Shown: positions 10,532 through 21,090 of the stretch, one piece after another
How positions within the stretch are numbered: position 1 is the first letter of the stretch
Layout: the number at the start of each line of letters is the position of its first letter
Assembly (NCBI GenBank): GCA_943788985.1
Contig: CALSSJ010000030.1
Location: forward strand, 1-64,000
Length of the DNA stretch: 64,000 bases
Source of the DNA: an uncultured Lentisphaerales bacterium
GTDB lineage: Bacteria; Verrucomicrobiota; Lentisphaeria; JABSQK01; UBA12247
Reading direction: 5' to 3'
Position numbers and translations under genes: made by a program
The notes under the pieces: generated by a model
The model's input: only the letters and a program-made list of their open reading frames with translations
Told to the model about the DNA's origin: nothing
Databases searched by the model: none

Positions 10532-11347
10532 TTATTCGCCAGCATCCCACATAGTGTCGTTGAAATCCGGTCCAACCCAGTAGAAGGTGCCATCGGGCTT
10601 GGTAGCAGTCGCCTCAAAGTCGAGCGCTTCGCCATGTCCGTCGGCAAAGGTAAAGTTGGCTCGGCGGCCTCGGTAGTGGGGTGCATTGCGGGTTTCCTGC
10701 CCGCCGATCGTGAAGCGGTTTCTGAAGGCTGGAGGATAGTCCAATGCCGGAGTCCAGCGTCCGAGCATGTTTCCTTGGTTTTGCTCCGTCATCGCAATCG
10801 CCCGGCTGGGGTTGCGTGATTGGCCAGCGGGACGGGACTCGTCTCGGCCAGAGATGCCCAGCGCCTGGTTACGAGGCCCAAAGGTGGTGCTGTAGAAGGA
10901 AAGGCTGTATGCCCGCTGTATAGCCTTGATGCTTCCGTAGCTCAGCGCTTCGGAGTTTTCGTACGACGCGCATTGGTACACAGAATGCGGGCCGTGGATA
11001 TCGTAGTTCAAGGCCGCCGCCTTCATGTCATTATCGGAGGAAGCATTGTCGCGATCCAGGGATGGGCGACCGTCGTAGCCACTAAGCAGGTCGTCCCATG
11101 AAATCCCACCATAGGGGGCTGACCAGTTGTTGGTGCCGTTGATTGGGTAGTAGTCATCGCTGTCGCCGGTGTACATGAAGATGGCGTAGGTCAGCTGTTT
11201 CTGGTTGTTCATGCAGTCGAGCGCTGTGCCGCTGTCTCGCGCCCGGCTTAACGCTGGCAGCAACAGCGATGCGAGGATCGCGATGATGGCAATGACTACC
11301 AGCAATTCGATCAGGGTAAAAGGCCGCACGAGCCGTGGTGCCTGCAT
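10532..11347 (-). CDS. Prepilin-type N-terminal cleavage/methylation protein with H-X9-DG motif (DUF1559-like)
   Basis: [28 protein letters not shown]...CMNNQKQL; C-terminal [15 protein letters not shown]. Confidence 0.92.
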   Translation of the reverse strand: MQAPRLVRPFTLIELLVVIAIIAILASLLLPALSRARDSGTALDCMNNQKQLTYAIFMYTGDSDDYYPINGTNNWSAPYGGISWDDLLSGYDGRPSLDRDNASSDNDMKAAALNYDIHGPHSVYQCASYENSEALSYGSIKAIQRAYSLSFYSTTFGPRNQALGISGRDESRPAGQSRNPSRAIAMTEQNQGNMLGRWTPALDYPPAFRNRFTIGGQETRNAPHYRGRRANFTFADGHGEALDFEATATKPDGTFYWVGPDFNDTMWDAGE

Positions 11348-12503
11348 CTGCCCATGCAGGGAAGTTGCAGGCAGGAGAAGTGGCTGCCCGGAACGGGTTC
11401 CGGGGATGTCCCAACGGCGGGGCGCATTCCCGCGCAAAAACTGGCGACTTCTGATCATCGATGACTCTTTGATAACGCGGCTTGAGGCCTTAGAGGGATA
11501 ACTTGGCTGAGCTTCAATGGATTGCAAGATGCAAACCTCGGACATGTGCTCTGTATGCCCCCGGGGAATACCCCAAAACTCCCAGAACACGAGAGGCAGC
11601 GCAGGCGGTCAGCCCGGCTAATCTTCAGGGCGGCTCGCCGTCAAATGACGCCGGCTGGGATCGCCTTTGTCCGTGACCTTGTAGTCCCACAGACCATTCA
11701 GGTGGATGCTGGCCATTCTGCCAGCATGCCGGAGGCGCCCACCTTTTCTTCGACACTCTCGCACTGCTAGGGGGAGCAAACCTCGGGCTCGATTCCAACG
11801 ACTGATCGGCGCGGCTTGACCGGAGATAACTGGGGTAGGATCCGCGCTCATGGACGGCCTGTCTCTCCGGCGCTCACGGTTCCCGACGCAGATCGCACGC
11901 CAGCGGCGGTTCATCAGGACTTGCTCACGCAACTCCTCGCTAAAGGTCTCGGGCACTTCTGATTGCGGCCAAAAAGGTTCCGCAGCCTCGGCTTTGATGC
12001 AGCGCTTTGGCGAGTTCGCGGTTCCCGCGCTGAGGGCCCAGAATACGCAGGAAGTCCACTCAAAGCGGCACTGAGGGGGGAGCCTAGCCACCTGGGATCG
12101 TTCGAGCCGCTCAACAGCTCTACGGTAAACAATCTGAACTCTTCCTCGCGCCACTCTCCGGGAGCTGGGGCCTTGAGCTCGGCGGGCAACTTTGTGAACG
12201 ACGCTGATTTTGTCGCATCAGCACGGGAGTACGATCGCCTGGTCAGCCACGTGTCGAGAATGACTACCGTTTCCTCAGACTCCTCAATCGATCAGCCACT
12301 TGCTAAGTGGCCCCCTGTGTGACTACTTTAGTAGCCGAAATTGTAGCCCCCAGGCTTTACCGGCTACATCAGGTACTTCAGCGAGATCAAATACTGACAG
12401 CGCGTTCTCAGCCTGTCGCTACTTCTTGCTGCGACATCCGGCGACGACGAACAGCAAAGGCAGTGCAAAGACAACCACCCGACACCCGCAATGAGGAATA
12501 AAT

Positions 12504-14633
12504 CTAGCCAACGAAAACCTCCGTCACAGAATCGGTACCGCTGATTGGAAGCCCGCCCTCTCTTCTGATCCGCGCGATGGCGGGATCATCCAGCAGGCCA
12601 ATGCGCCCGGCATCAATCCGTTCGATTCCCAGGCGCAACTGCGGAGCTCGATCATCCCAGCTGAAATCCAAACGCTTGATATCGCGAAAACATGGATCGG
12701 CAATCACCGCGTTTTCATCGCTGTTCTGCGCCCGGCGCTCAGCTAGAAAGGTGCCCAATCCCACGGGGTCGGCGCTGAAATATAGGTTGCCGTCTACTGC
12801 GCCCGGCGCGAAGCCGCTGCTGTCCAAAAGAAGAGGCCCTGCAATCGCCGTCGTCCAATACACGATGTTGCCGCGGATCGAGTTGATCCCTTCGCTAGGG
12901 CCGTGCACGCCAGTATAGACACCAAGAACACAGTTCACCAGCAAATTGTTGTCGAAGGCATTTCGCCCCTTGTGGGTGAACCCGCGCGGATTATCGGCGC
13001 TGCCGATGAGAATGTTCTTCTCCCAGAGCGAATCAAACTGATCATCGTCTGTCCGCATTAGGAAATTCTTGCTGTGGCTGTAGGCCAGGTTCGCCCGAAT
13101 TATGTTACCGGGGCCGGTGGCGGACAGGTAGATGGTGTTGCCATCACTCAGCCGTTTCATGCAGTCATGGATTTCGTTGTACTCGACCACGTTATTGCGA
13201 CAGTGCATGTAGGGCTCGTAGTCATCCCAGGCGCCCTGCCCTCCTTCCAAATGGGCAGTGGCATCGTAGTCGATCAGGCCGTGATACTCGCGGATATCCC
13301 GCGGCCGCATTTCCGGATCCCAAAAGCGGCGCCGCACCCCGGATAGGACGATTCCCATGTAGCCCAGCTCGTAGATGTGATTATGGGCAATCTGGTTGTC
13401 CCCGCTCTGCCAGAGATAGATCCCCATCGAGTGATCGTAGAAGACCCCAGTGTCGAAAATCGTATTGCTGATGACTCGGTTGCCTTTGTGAACGTCTTTA
13501 TGGCCGGGGCCATATCCGGCCATGACCACGCCCATGCCGCCGACGTGCGCGATCGTGTTCCCTTTAATTTCAATATCCTGGCAGTAAAGATCAAGCCGCA
13601 CGCCGTGCCCAGCGCTGTGGTCTAGGCGGCAATTTGAGAGCGAGCAATGACGCGCACCGCGGAACCGCACCAGCCCGCCTTCCTTATCCCACATTGCCCA
13701 GTCATGCTGCAGGCCTTTGTCCTCGGGAGTAAGCAGCTCGCGATCACAATGCGAAAAGCGCAGGCCACGAATGTGCACATTCTCCACCGGCTCATCCGCA
13801 CTGCCACCCAGATCATTCCAGCCCTCCACGCGAATGATCTCATGAAGAGTCGGTGCCACGATTTCCGAGCTTGGCTCAGTCCCTTCTGGACGATAATAAA
13901 GGGTCCCGGTCGCACTCTCAAGCGCCCACTCCCCCGGTTCAGTCAAGAAGTCCAGATGATTTTCAAGCACGAAACGCCCGCGCAGTTCGTAGGTCCCCTG
14001 CGCCTTCACGGTCGCGATACGGTTGTCAAAATCGATCTGATCCACGGCCAGGTAGTTGACCAGCCACGGGCGCTGCGGGGCCATGTAAATTTCCAGGTCC
14101 GCAAGATTGTCCCAGGCTCTGAAACTCCCCTCTGGAAAATGCAGCTGCGTCCGCGCCGCGTAGGTCGTGCAAAAATCGGTGGGAAATTTCCCTTGCGGCT
14201 CGGAGGTCGTCTGGTAGCCAGCGGCCAGCTCCTGGTGTGAGCGCGCCCGCGGGAGCAGGCGCTCTCCTGCATAGAGCGCCCGAAACGCACTGTCTCCCTG
14301 TGCCCAAGGCAGCACGGCCTTCCAGATTGCTCCGTCCGCCAGCTCAGTTTGCTCCCAGCCTTCGATCCGCCGGCCAGCGCTCAGCAGTACGTCTTCCTCT
14401 TGCCAGGCCGTAATCGTGAGCCGCATCGCCGGATCGGGCTTGGCTTCGTGGTCAATCACGACCGTCTTGTCAAAGCTGTAGCTGCCCGCTCGAAAGCAGA
14501 TCGTCGCATCGCCCCCGCTCGCACGGGCTTGCACCAGCGCCTGCTCTAGGCTTGCCAGCGGCGCTTCCAGCGTGCCCGGTGCGTCATCGCTGCCATTGGG
14601 GGCGACTATGAATGTCGTGAAATTTGGGTTCAT
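12504..14633 (-). CDS. Right-handed parallel beta-helix protein (probable carbohydrate-active enzyme)
   Basis: VAPNGSDDAPGTLEAPLASLEQA N-terminus, LLSAGRRI, LDFLTEPGEW, repeated beta-helix coils (NTIAHVG, NHIYELGY, YNEIHDC). Confidence 0.8.
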   Translation of the reverse strand: MNPNFTTFIVAPNGSDDAPGTLEAPLASLEQALVQARASGGDATICFRAGSYSFDKTVVIDHEAKPDPAMRLTITAWQEEDVLLSAGRRIEGWEQTELADGAIWKAVLPWAQGDSAFRALYAGERLLPRARSHQELAAGYQTTSEPQGKFPTDFCTTYAARTQLHFPEGSFRAWDNLADLEIYMAPQRPWLVNYLAVDQIDFDNRIATVKAQGTYELRGRFVLENHLDFLTEPGEWALESATGTLYYRPEGTEPSSEIVAPTLHEIIRVEGWNDLGGSADEPVENVHIRGLRFSHCDRELLTPEDKGLQHDWAMWDKEGGLVRFRGARHCSLSNCRLDHSAGHGVRLDLYCQDIEIKGNTIAHVGGMGVVMAGYGPGHKDVHKGNRVISNTIFDTGVFYDHSMGIYLWQSGDNQIAHNHIYELGYMGIVLSGVRRRFWDPEMRPRDIREYHGLIDYDATAHLEGGQGAWDDYEPYMHCRNNVVEYNEIHDCMKRLSDGNTIYLSATGPGNIIRANLAYSHSKNFLMRTDDDQFDSLWEKNILIGSADNPRGFTHKGRNAFDNNLLVNCVLGVYTGVHGPSEGINSIRGNIVYWTTAIAGPLLLDSSGFAPGAVDGNLYFSADPVGLGTFLAERRAQNSDENAVIADPCFRDIKRLDFSWDDRAPQLRLGIERIDAGRIGLLDDPAIARIRREGGLPISGTDSVTEVFVG

Positions 14634-14757
14634 GGCAGGTCTTTCCCGGGACTCAAGCGTTGGTTTGAAGCAGGATATCAATAGGGCCCGATTCTGGAAC
14701 CGCCACACCGGCCACTGGGAGCGCCGGATAAATCCGACGCTACAAGTCGCGGTTCCG

Positions 14758-15501
14758 CTATTCCTTGTGGCCCAGATCCGAGTAAAACCACCAAGCGGTG
14801 ACTTGTTCAATGTGGGTCATGATGTCATTGGCCAGCAATAGCTCGAAGTCGCCGGGATGGATCGAGATCCGTAGCGGTGCCGTGGCGGTCACGGCCCGGA
14901 CGTTCCGGCCATTCCAAATACGAACGGCGACTTTGCGGTGAAAAGCGTCCGCTTCATAGCCGACTATCGGTGTCCGGTGGCGGACGCCGGTCTCGGAATC
15001 ATAGACCTCGCGAAGGGTCTCGTAATAGCGAAACGGCAGGTCCGCCAGCTGTCGCGTAGAGATGCGCCCCATGGCCCAGGCCGGTGGCACGTAGAGCTGC
15101 GGCGCTGGGAAAAAGTGGCCCTCGAACCAATCGAAGCTGCGCTGAATGAAGGCCGGTATGTCACCGCGGGCCAGGGCTAGGTGTTCGGCGACTTTGCGGG
15201 AGAACAGCAGGCTGTGCAGCCGGTGCTTCAGCCCGCGAATCCGCGTACATTCGTGAACCCAGCCATGGCCTGCGAGCTGAATGTCCGCGCCTTCGTTCAC
15301 GGTATGCAGTCGCGCGAGTTGCGCGGCAGACCATTTACGCCCAGGCACGACCAGCAGGGTGATGGCAGTGACCTCGGCTTCGCGCAGTCGAGCGATGATC
15401 GCCAGGACCTTATCCACGGTCTCTGGCATGACATCGTGAATCGAAAGCAACGCGGGAATCGCAGAATCTACTTGGTGCTGGAACGTCGTCTTCTCAGCCA
15501 T
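14758..15501 (-). CDS. Polysaccharide deacetylase-like protein (DUF2334-like)
   Basis: LLSIHDVMP, LLVVPG, AGHGWVH, YVPPAW, RISIHPGD. Confidence 0.78.
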   Translation of the reverse strand: MAEKTTFQHQVDSAIPALLSIHDVMPETVDKVLAIIARLREAEVTAITLLVVPGRKWSAAQLARLHTVNEGADIQLAGHGWVHECTRIRGLKHRLHSLLFSRKVAEHLALARGDIPAFIQRSFDWFEGHFFPAPQLYVPPAWAMGRISTRQLADLPFRYYETLREVYDSETGVRHRTPIVGYEADAFHRKVAVRIWNGRNVRAVTATAPLRISIHPGDFELLLANDIMTHIEQVTAWWFYSDLGHKE

Positions 15502-16643
15502 TTTACAGCGCTCAGTGGGAGTTGGTAGATCGGGGTGCGGCGACGCGGTTCCAGCGAATTGATTAGGTCTAGCCAAGCTCGGACTGCGCGATCGTTTAGG
15601 GCGCAGGCGGCGCTCTTGGCACCTTCGCTGATGCGCTGCAGTTCATCAGGCGCAAGCTTGCTGGCGCGCCGGATGGTCTCAGCCAACGCTTCGTATTGGC
15701 CCATGACTTGAATCCATGGCGCCAAATCTGGAAAGTCCAGAATTCCGCAGCGCGGGGAGACAATGACGATGCGCTGCCTGGCCATGCCTTCAAGGGCGAT
15801 GGTGCCGAAGGATTCAACGGTGGATGGCAGAATCAGGATATCATGGTCATCAATCGCCTGGCGCACGCTCTCGCGTGAGCACCAGCCAAGAGAGGTGAGA
15901 TTCGGGAGCGCGGCTGCCTTTTCCTCGACCAAGCCCCGCAGTGGACCATCTCCGACCACGGTGAATTGCAGGTCCGGCAGCGCCTCGGCGGCTTCGAGAA
16001 ACAGGTGCACATTTTTCTCTGGCGCGAGGCGGGCGGCGAAAACCACACGCCGGATCTCGCGGATCGGCGTCGTCGGGGTACTCGCGAAAGTTGGCCCCAG
16101 CGGGGTCCCGACCAGAGCGGTACGTTTTGCGCCGGTCTGATGGGCCAGCCGGATCATCTCACTGCTGTAGCCTACGACGACATCAGCCGCGCGAAATAGC
16201 CCCCAGTGAACGCGGGCCAGAACCGTCCGACAGACGACCCGTGACGCGCGCTTCCAATACATCTCAGCCAGGCTATCGAAATTGGTATGAAACCCGACAC
16301 AAAGCGGAATCCCCAGTCTTCGGGCCAGGCGGACACCGAGGAATCCGTACGGCCCGGGGGTCGCCACGATGATGCAGGTAGGCGCCAGTGCAATGACCCG
16401 GCGCGAGATGGCGCGCCAAGCAGGCAAATAGAGCCGTTGGGTGGCGTCGCCGGGCATTGGCACAGAGCGAAAGGCTGGTGCATCCGCGGCCCGATGTGGC
16501 GGGCAGACGATCTCACACAAGCCCGCGTGCGCCTGCAGGTGCGCGCGCAGATCGGCATAGTACACGCCTACGCCATTGCGCTCGCTCATAGCGTCTGAGA
16601 GGATCACAATCCGTGCATCGGAAGAAGCTGAGGGTTTCGTCAT
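15468..16643 (-). CDS. Glycosyltransferase family 4
   Basis: ERNGVG, IVATPGPYG, GFHTNF, ARLAPEKN, VVGDGPLR, LPSTVESFGTIALEGMA. Confidence 0.92.
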   Translation of the reverse strand: MTKPSASSDARIVILSDAMSERNGVGVYYADLRAHLQAHAGLCEIVCPPHRAADAPAFRSVPMPGDATQRLYLPAWRAISRRVIALAPTCIIVATPGPYGFLGVRLARRLGIPLCVGFHTNFDSLAEMYWKRASRVVCRTVLARVHWGLFRAADVVVGYSSEMIRLAHQTGAKRTALVGTPLGPTFASTPTTPIREIRRVVFAARLAPEKNVHLFLEAAEALPDLQFTVVGDGPLRGLVEEKAAALPNLTSLGWCSRESVRQAIDDHDILILPSTVESFGTIALEGMARQRIVIVSPRCGILDFPDLAPWIQVMGQYEALAETIRRASKLAPDELQRISEGAKSAACALNDRAVRAWLDLINSLEPRRRTPIYQLPLSAVKWLRRRRSSTK

Positions 16644-17794
16644 CCCGGCTTCTCCCGAGAAAACCCGAACCGCTCGTAGGCCCAGTCGAACTGCTTGACA
16701 ATGGCTTCATGTTCCAAGCCAAAGTCCTCCAGCGTATAGCGATGCCCGCTGGTATAGGCGCGGTTTGCTGCTGCCTGCTCAGCCACATGCGCCTTGAAAT
16801 CTTCGGAGACCGGCAGTTCAAGTGCCTCATAGATGCGGATGATGGTCTGCTCCAGATCCTTGGTCAGTTCCCTCATCTCGACAGTCTCCTGATTGCAGCC
16901 GCAGGCAGGCAGGTTCTCACCGATGCAGTGATAATAATGCGCTAGAATTTCCTCAAAGTGGTCACAAAAATAGGGGCCGCTACAGTCGTTGTCGAAGAAT
17001 GCATGCCCCCCGGACATTGAACTGAGCAACGAGGGCAGAACAGAGGCAGGGCTGCGAACGCAGGCTGCGAAGCGTGCATCGGGAAACGTCTGACTCAGGC
17101 TGTCTACCCAAGAGGTAAACGATGGGTTCTTGTTCAGGTAGGTTTTGTCTGGGCCATGGACATACAAGTGGCGCTGAACTGACTCGTGATAGAAGCGTAG
17201 CAGATACTCGCGACGCGCCTCAGGCACTCTTTCGTCGAAGAACGCCAGATCCCAGAGTTCACGGCAGTTCGGGAACGCCAACACGAGGATGAAGCAGCCC
17301 CACGCGGGCACCAGCATGAAATAGTCCTCTTCGGGGGCGGAGAGAGAGACCGGGTGAATCTCGTTGAAATCCCCAGACAGCTTACGCTCGGTCCAGTGTA
17401 CCAGACGGGCAAGCGGCCGGCCAATCGCGCGATCGGCGCCCACGCAAGTCCCGATCAACTTGCGCTGTAGGATCGAGGGGGCCAGCCACAGTTCCCAGGC
17501 CGCCGCCGTGGTAAACTGTGCGTCTGCCGACAGCACGCGGTGCAGCATCGTGGTCCCGCTACGCGGCGCACCAATCACGAAAACAGGGCGCCTGATCTCC
17601 ACGAGGTGGTAGCCAGGAAACAGGCCTTCATCCAGCAGCAGGCACAGCCAGTTGACACACTGCACGAGCAGAAACACCGGCAGCAGCAGCAGCATCACCA
17701 GCGCACGACGCACAGTGAGGCTCCCGGGCGTCCCAGATGCACCAAAAAAAGTATTCGCAGTCAGGCGAAGAAACGTAGCGAGAAAAGCAATCAC
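16640..17794 (-). CDS. PAPS-dependent sulfotransferase with N-terminal membrane anchor
   Basis: PVFVIGAPRSGTTMLH (5'-PSB loop), LNKNP, FPDARF...RSP, YTLEDFGL. Confidence 0.88.
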   Translation of the reverse strand: MIAFLATFLRLTANTFFGASGTPGSLTVRRALVMLLLLPVFLLVQCVNWLCLLLDEGLFPGYHLVEIRRPVFVIGAPRSGTTMLHRVLSADAQFTTAAAWELWLAPSILQRKLIGTCVGADRAIGRPLARLVHWTERKLSGDFNEIHPVSLSAPEEDYFMLVPAWGCFILVLAFPNCRELWDLAFFDERVPEARREYLLRFYHESVQRHLYVHGPDKTYLNKNPSFTSWVDSLSQTFPDARFAACVRSPASVLPSLLSSMSGGHAFFDNDCSGPYFCDHFEEILAHYYHCIGENLPACGCNQETVEMRELTKDLEQTIIRIYEALELPVSEDFKAHVAEQAAANRAYTSGHRYTLEDFGLEHEAIVKQFDWAYERFGFSREKPG

Positions 17795-18016
17795 GGCACA
17801 GCGGATTGGGTGAGCAGTAGGCTAAACCCTACTCGCTCTGCTCATAGATTCCAGAATATCCAATATCCAACCAAGAACGCCCAATGTCCAAGGAAAAACT
17901 GCGGGGGTAATTTACCCACGAGGCCGCATCTCTGGCCACCTCGTTCTCGTCCACCCACGTTCACTTAAACTTGGGGTCTTGGTGGGGGAAAAATCGGCTT
18001 TATTCGCCCCCCCGCT

Positions 18017-18036
18017 ATTGCAAGTGCTTTTGCATT
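18017..18036. promoter_or_regulatory. Putative Fur/Zur-family operator (TGCAA-N6-TTGCA) upstream of the regulator
   Basis: ATTGCAAGTGCTTTTGCATT inverted repeat ~30 bp before the Fur-family start. Confidence 0.45.
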
Positions 18037-18064
18037 ATCAGCGCAGCGGAGGATTGGTACTGAC

Positions 18065-18451
18065 ATGCAGCGAAGAAACACCCAGCAACGCGAAGCGATT
18101 CGCACGATTTTTCAGGATTGCGACCGGCCTCTGTCGGTCGCTGAGGTGCTCTCGCGGGGTCAGGAAGACGTGCCGTCACTGAACCAAGCGACGGTGTACC
18201 GGACGTTGAACCTACTGGTCGATGAGGGCTGGCTGGTACGCATTCAGGATGCTGATGCGGGAACCATGTTTGAGCGAGCTGGTCTTGACCATCATCACCA
18301 CTTTTATTGTCGGAGTTGTGAGCACATGTACGATCTTCCAGGCTGCCCGCTCGAAGCGCACCATGGAGTCCCCGGAGGCTTCACGGTAGAGAGCCACGAA
18401 GTAGTTTTCCGCGGCGTCTGTGAAACCTGCAGCGACGGGGTGGAAGCATGA
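18065..18451 (+). CDS. Fur-family metal-responsive repressor (probably Zur)
   Basis: RNTQQR, ATVYRTLNLL, HHHHFYCRSC, GVCETC; heads a Zn ABC operon. Confidence 0.9.
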   Translation: MQRRNTQQREAIRTIFQDCDRPLSVAEVLSRGQEDVPSLNQATVYRTLNLLVDEGWLVRIQDADAGTMFERAGLDHHHHFYCRSCEHMYDLPGCPLEAHHGVPGGFTVESHEVVFRGVCETCSDGVEA

Positions 18452-19404
18452 AAGTTTGGATTGCACTGATTCTGCTGGCCGGTAGCGTTTTCGGAGGCGA
18501 GTTACGGCTTTTGTGCTCGACGTTTCCGATCTTTCAACTCACGCGCAACGTGGTGGGTGAGCGGGACTCAGTGTCCGTCAAGTTGCTGCTGCCAGCAGAG
18601 CTTGGTTGCCCGCATGACTATGTGATGACGCCCCGGGACATACGACGCCTGACCAAAGCCAATGCGCTGGTGCTGAACGGACTGGGAATGGAGGCGTTTC
18701 TCACCAGCACTGTGCAGCGCGTCAATCCCGAACTGATCATGATCGATAGCGGTGCGCAGGTCGCAAGTCTAACCGTGGAGACGCCACACGCATGTGCAAG
18801 CACCTCGTGCGACCACGACCACAGACCGCAGCACCATCATCACCGAGCGCACAAACACGACCGCGAGCCAACGGGCCCGGAGCTCAACCCTCACGCCTGG
18901 GTCAGCCCGATCCGCTATGCTACTGCAGCGGCCACCATCGCTGCCGAACTGGCAAAGCTGGATCCCGCCGGAGGGGCCACGTATGCCGCCAATGCAGCCG
19001 CCTACGCCAAGCGACTGGACATTCTGCAGGCCAAAATTACGACTCTGGCGAAATCAAACATGCAGCGGGAGGTGGTCGCGGATGCGCAGGCATTCGCCTA
19101 CCTGGGCGCGGATCTCGGCTTGTCGATCGTCGCAGAATTGCCACACGGCGGAGATTCGTCCTCAGCTGCGGACATGCGTGCGCTGCTGAAGACAACCGAG
19201 GCGCACAAGCCTGCCGCGATCCTAACCCAACCTAGCGGCTCCCGGCGGCTGCAGAAGCTACTCAAGCGCGACGCCAGTCTCCCCGTCTTGGAAGTGAATC
19301 TGATGTCGACTGGCCCGATAGATGCGCCGTTGACGCACTACGAGACCGTGATGCTTAAGAATCTGGATGCACTTGCACACCTCCTGCAGTCCCGTGAACC
19401 CTGA
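18448..19404 (+). CDS. znuA: Zn/Mn ABC transporter substrate-binding protein
   Basis: GCPHDY, LNGLGME, His-rich loop DHDHRPQHHHHRAHKHD, NPHAWVSP. Confidence 0.85.
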   Translation: MKVWIALILLAGSVFGGELRLLCSTFPIFQLTRNVVGERDSVSVKLLLPAELGCPHDYVMTPRDIRRLTKANALVLNGLGMEAFLTSTVQRVNPELIMIDSGAQVASLTVETPHACASTSCDHDHRPQHHHHRAHKHDREPTGPELNPHAWVSPIRYATAAATIAAELAKLDPAGGATYAANAAAYAKRLDILQAKITTLAKSNMQREVVADAQAFAYLGADLGLSIVAELPHGGDSSSAADMRALLKTTEAHKPAAILTQPSGSRRLQKLLKRDASLPVLEVNLMSTGPIDAPLTHYETVMLKNLDALAHLLQSREP

Positions 19405-20194
19405 CCCCCAATCGCTACCGGCTGCCGTAGAGTTCCGTGATGTGACGGTCGTGCGCGGTGGCGTGCACATCCTGGATGGAGTTACCGCAACTGTGCCACG
19501 CGGCGGCTGCACAGCGATTGTCGGCCCGAACGGTGCCGGGAAGTCGACCTTGCTGCTTACACTGCTGGGAGAACTGCCATATTCCGGCCGCATTCACCTC
19601 GATGTTGCGGAAGGCCGTCCACGGGTAGGCTATGTGCCACAGCGCCTGGAGTTCGACCGTGGCCTGCCGATGACCGTCGAGGAATTTATGAGCATGGGAT
19701 CGCAGCGGATCCCCCTCTGGTTCGGCTGCCGCAAGAAGAGCCGCGATCGCGCCCAGCAATTACTGGCCAGCGTGCGCGCGGACGGGCTGGCCCAGCGGCA
19801 ACTCGGGGCCCTTTCGGGTGGCGAAGTCCAACGCGTGCTGTTGGCGCTCGCCCTGCAACAGGACCCAGAGCTGCTCATTTTGGACGAACCAGCAGCCGGA
19901 GTCGATTTTCAAGGCGAGTTACTGTTCTGCGAATTGCTCGAGGGGCTTCGTCGCAACCGTGGCTTTACGCAGCTCATGGTTAGTCATGACCTTTCGACTG
20001 TCACGCACCACGCCAGCCACGTCATCTGCTTGAACCGCTGCGTCGCTGCCGAGGGCTCCCCGCAGGACGTGCTGACTCCGCAAAACTTGGCGGCCGTCTT
20101 CGGCGTACATATGGGTCTAGTGGACCGCAGTTCGATGCCAGACCAAGCTGCCTCCTGCTCAGCCACCTGCTGCGACCACGATCAAGATCACTGA
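19394..20194 (+). CDS. znuC: Zn/Mn ABC transporter ATP-binding protein
   Basis: GPNGAGKST, GYVPQ, LSGGEVQRV, LILDEP, VSHDL; Cys/His tail CSATCCDHDQDH. Confidence 0.88.
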   Translation: MNPDPQSLPAAVEFRDVTVVRGGVHILDGVTATVPRGGCTAIVGPNGAGKSTLLLTLLGELPYSGRIHLDVAEGRPRVGYVPQRLEFDRGLPMTVEEFMSMGSQRIPLWFGCRKKSRDRAQQLLASVRADGLAQRQLGALSGGEVQRVLLALALQQDPELLILDEPAAGVDFQGELLFCELLEGLRRNRGFTQLMVSHDLSTVTHHASHVICLNRCVAAEGSPQDVLTPQNLAAVFGVHMGLVDRSSMPDQAASCSATCCDHDQDH

Positions 20195-20197
20195 CCG

Positions 20198-21052
20198 ATG
20201 ACACTCATCGCCACACTATCGGAATTCATTGGCTGGCTGCTGCCGTTCGAGTGCATGCAGGATCGGTTTATGCAGCAGGCTATGCTGGGCCTGGTGCTGC
20301 TGGCGCCCATGGCCGCGGCAATGGGCGTGCAGGTGGTCAACTTTCGCATGGCGTTCTTTGCCGATGCAATCAGTCATTCCGCGTTCGCCGGAGTAGCCAT
20401 TGGCCTGCTGTTTTCCTTAGACCCGCAGTGGACCATGCCACTCTTTGCCATCTTGGTGGGGCTGGCAATCATGGCAGCGCAGCGCCGAAGTGCGCTGTCC
20501 TCGGACACGATTATCGGCGTCTCGTTTTCCGCGGTAATGGCCTTCGGGATCGCGGTCGTCTCCCGCGACAGCGGCATGCGACGCCAGATCGACCAGTTCG
20601 TATTTGGCGACATTCTGACCATCGACGACACAGGCCTGCTCTGCCTGATTGCGCTGTTTGCTGCGCTCCTAGCCTTTCAAGCCTTTAGCTACAACCGGCT
20701 GCTCTATGTCGGGCTGAACCCAGTGCTGGCCAAGGCCCACTGCGTGCACGTCGCCGTCTATCAGTACCTGTACGTGGGTCTGCTTTCGCTGGTCGTCATC
20801 TTTGCCGTATGGATCGTCGGGGTCCTGCTGGTCACCGCGCTCTTGGTCGTACCGGCTGCGGCCGCCCGCTGCATGGCGCGCACTGCTGGCGGCATGTTTT
20901 GGTGGGCCATCATCGTGAGCGTCAGCAGCGCAATCATCGGGCTGCTGATCTCCGCCCAGCCATGGGCAGATACCGCCACTGGGGCAACGGTGATTCTAGT
21001 TGCTTTTGGCTGGTTTACAGTGAGCGCCGCGGTCAGCGCTGTTCGGGCGTAG
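20198..21052 (+). CDS. znuB: Zn/Mn ABC transporter permease
   Basis: MAFFADAISHSAFAG, FVFGDIL, VGVLLVTALLVVPAAAA. Confidence 0.88.
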   Translation: MTLIATLSEFIGWLLPFECMQDRFMQQAMLGLVLLAPMAAAMGVQVVNFRMAFFADAISHSAFAGVAIGLLFSLDPQWTMPLFAILVGLAIMAAQRRSALSSDTIIGVSFSAVMAFGIAVVSRDSGMRRQIDQFVFGDILTIDDTGLLCLIALFAALLAFQAFSYNRLLYVGLNPVLAKAHCVHVAVYQYLYVGLLSLVVIFAVWIVGVLLVTALLVVPAAAARCMARTAGGMFWWAIIVSVSSAIIGLLISAQPWADTATGATVILVAFGWFTVSAAVSAVRA

Positions 21053-21090
21053 CCACCGGGTAGAGCAAGCCCCAGGCCAGTGACAGGCTC

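Noticed and set aside
11165..11174. GCCGGTGTAC matching the tRNA 3' end as an attR site
   Set aside because: Only 10 bp, inside an intact prepilin-type gene; chance is likely.
11600..12495. Short ORFs between the prepilin gene and the beta-helix gene
   Set aside because: No recognisable motifs or consistent coding frame; left unannotated.
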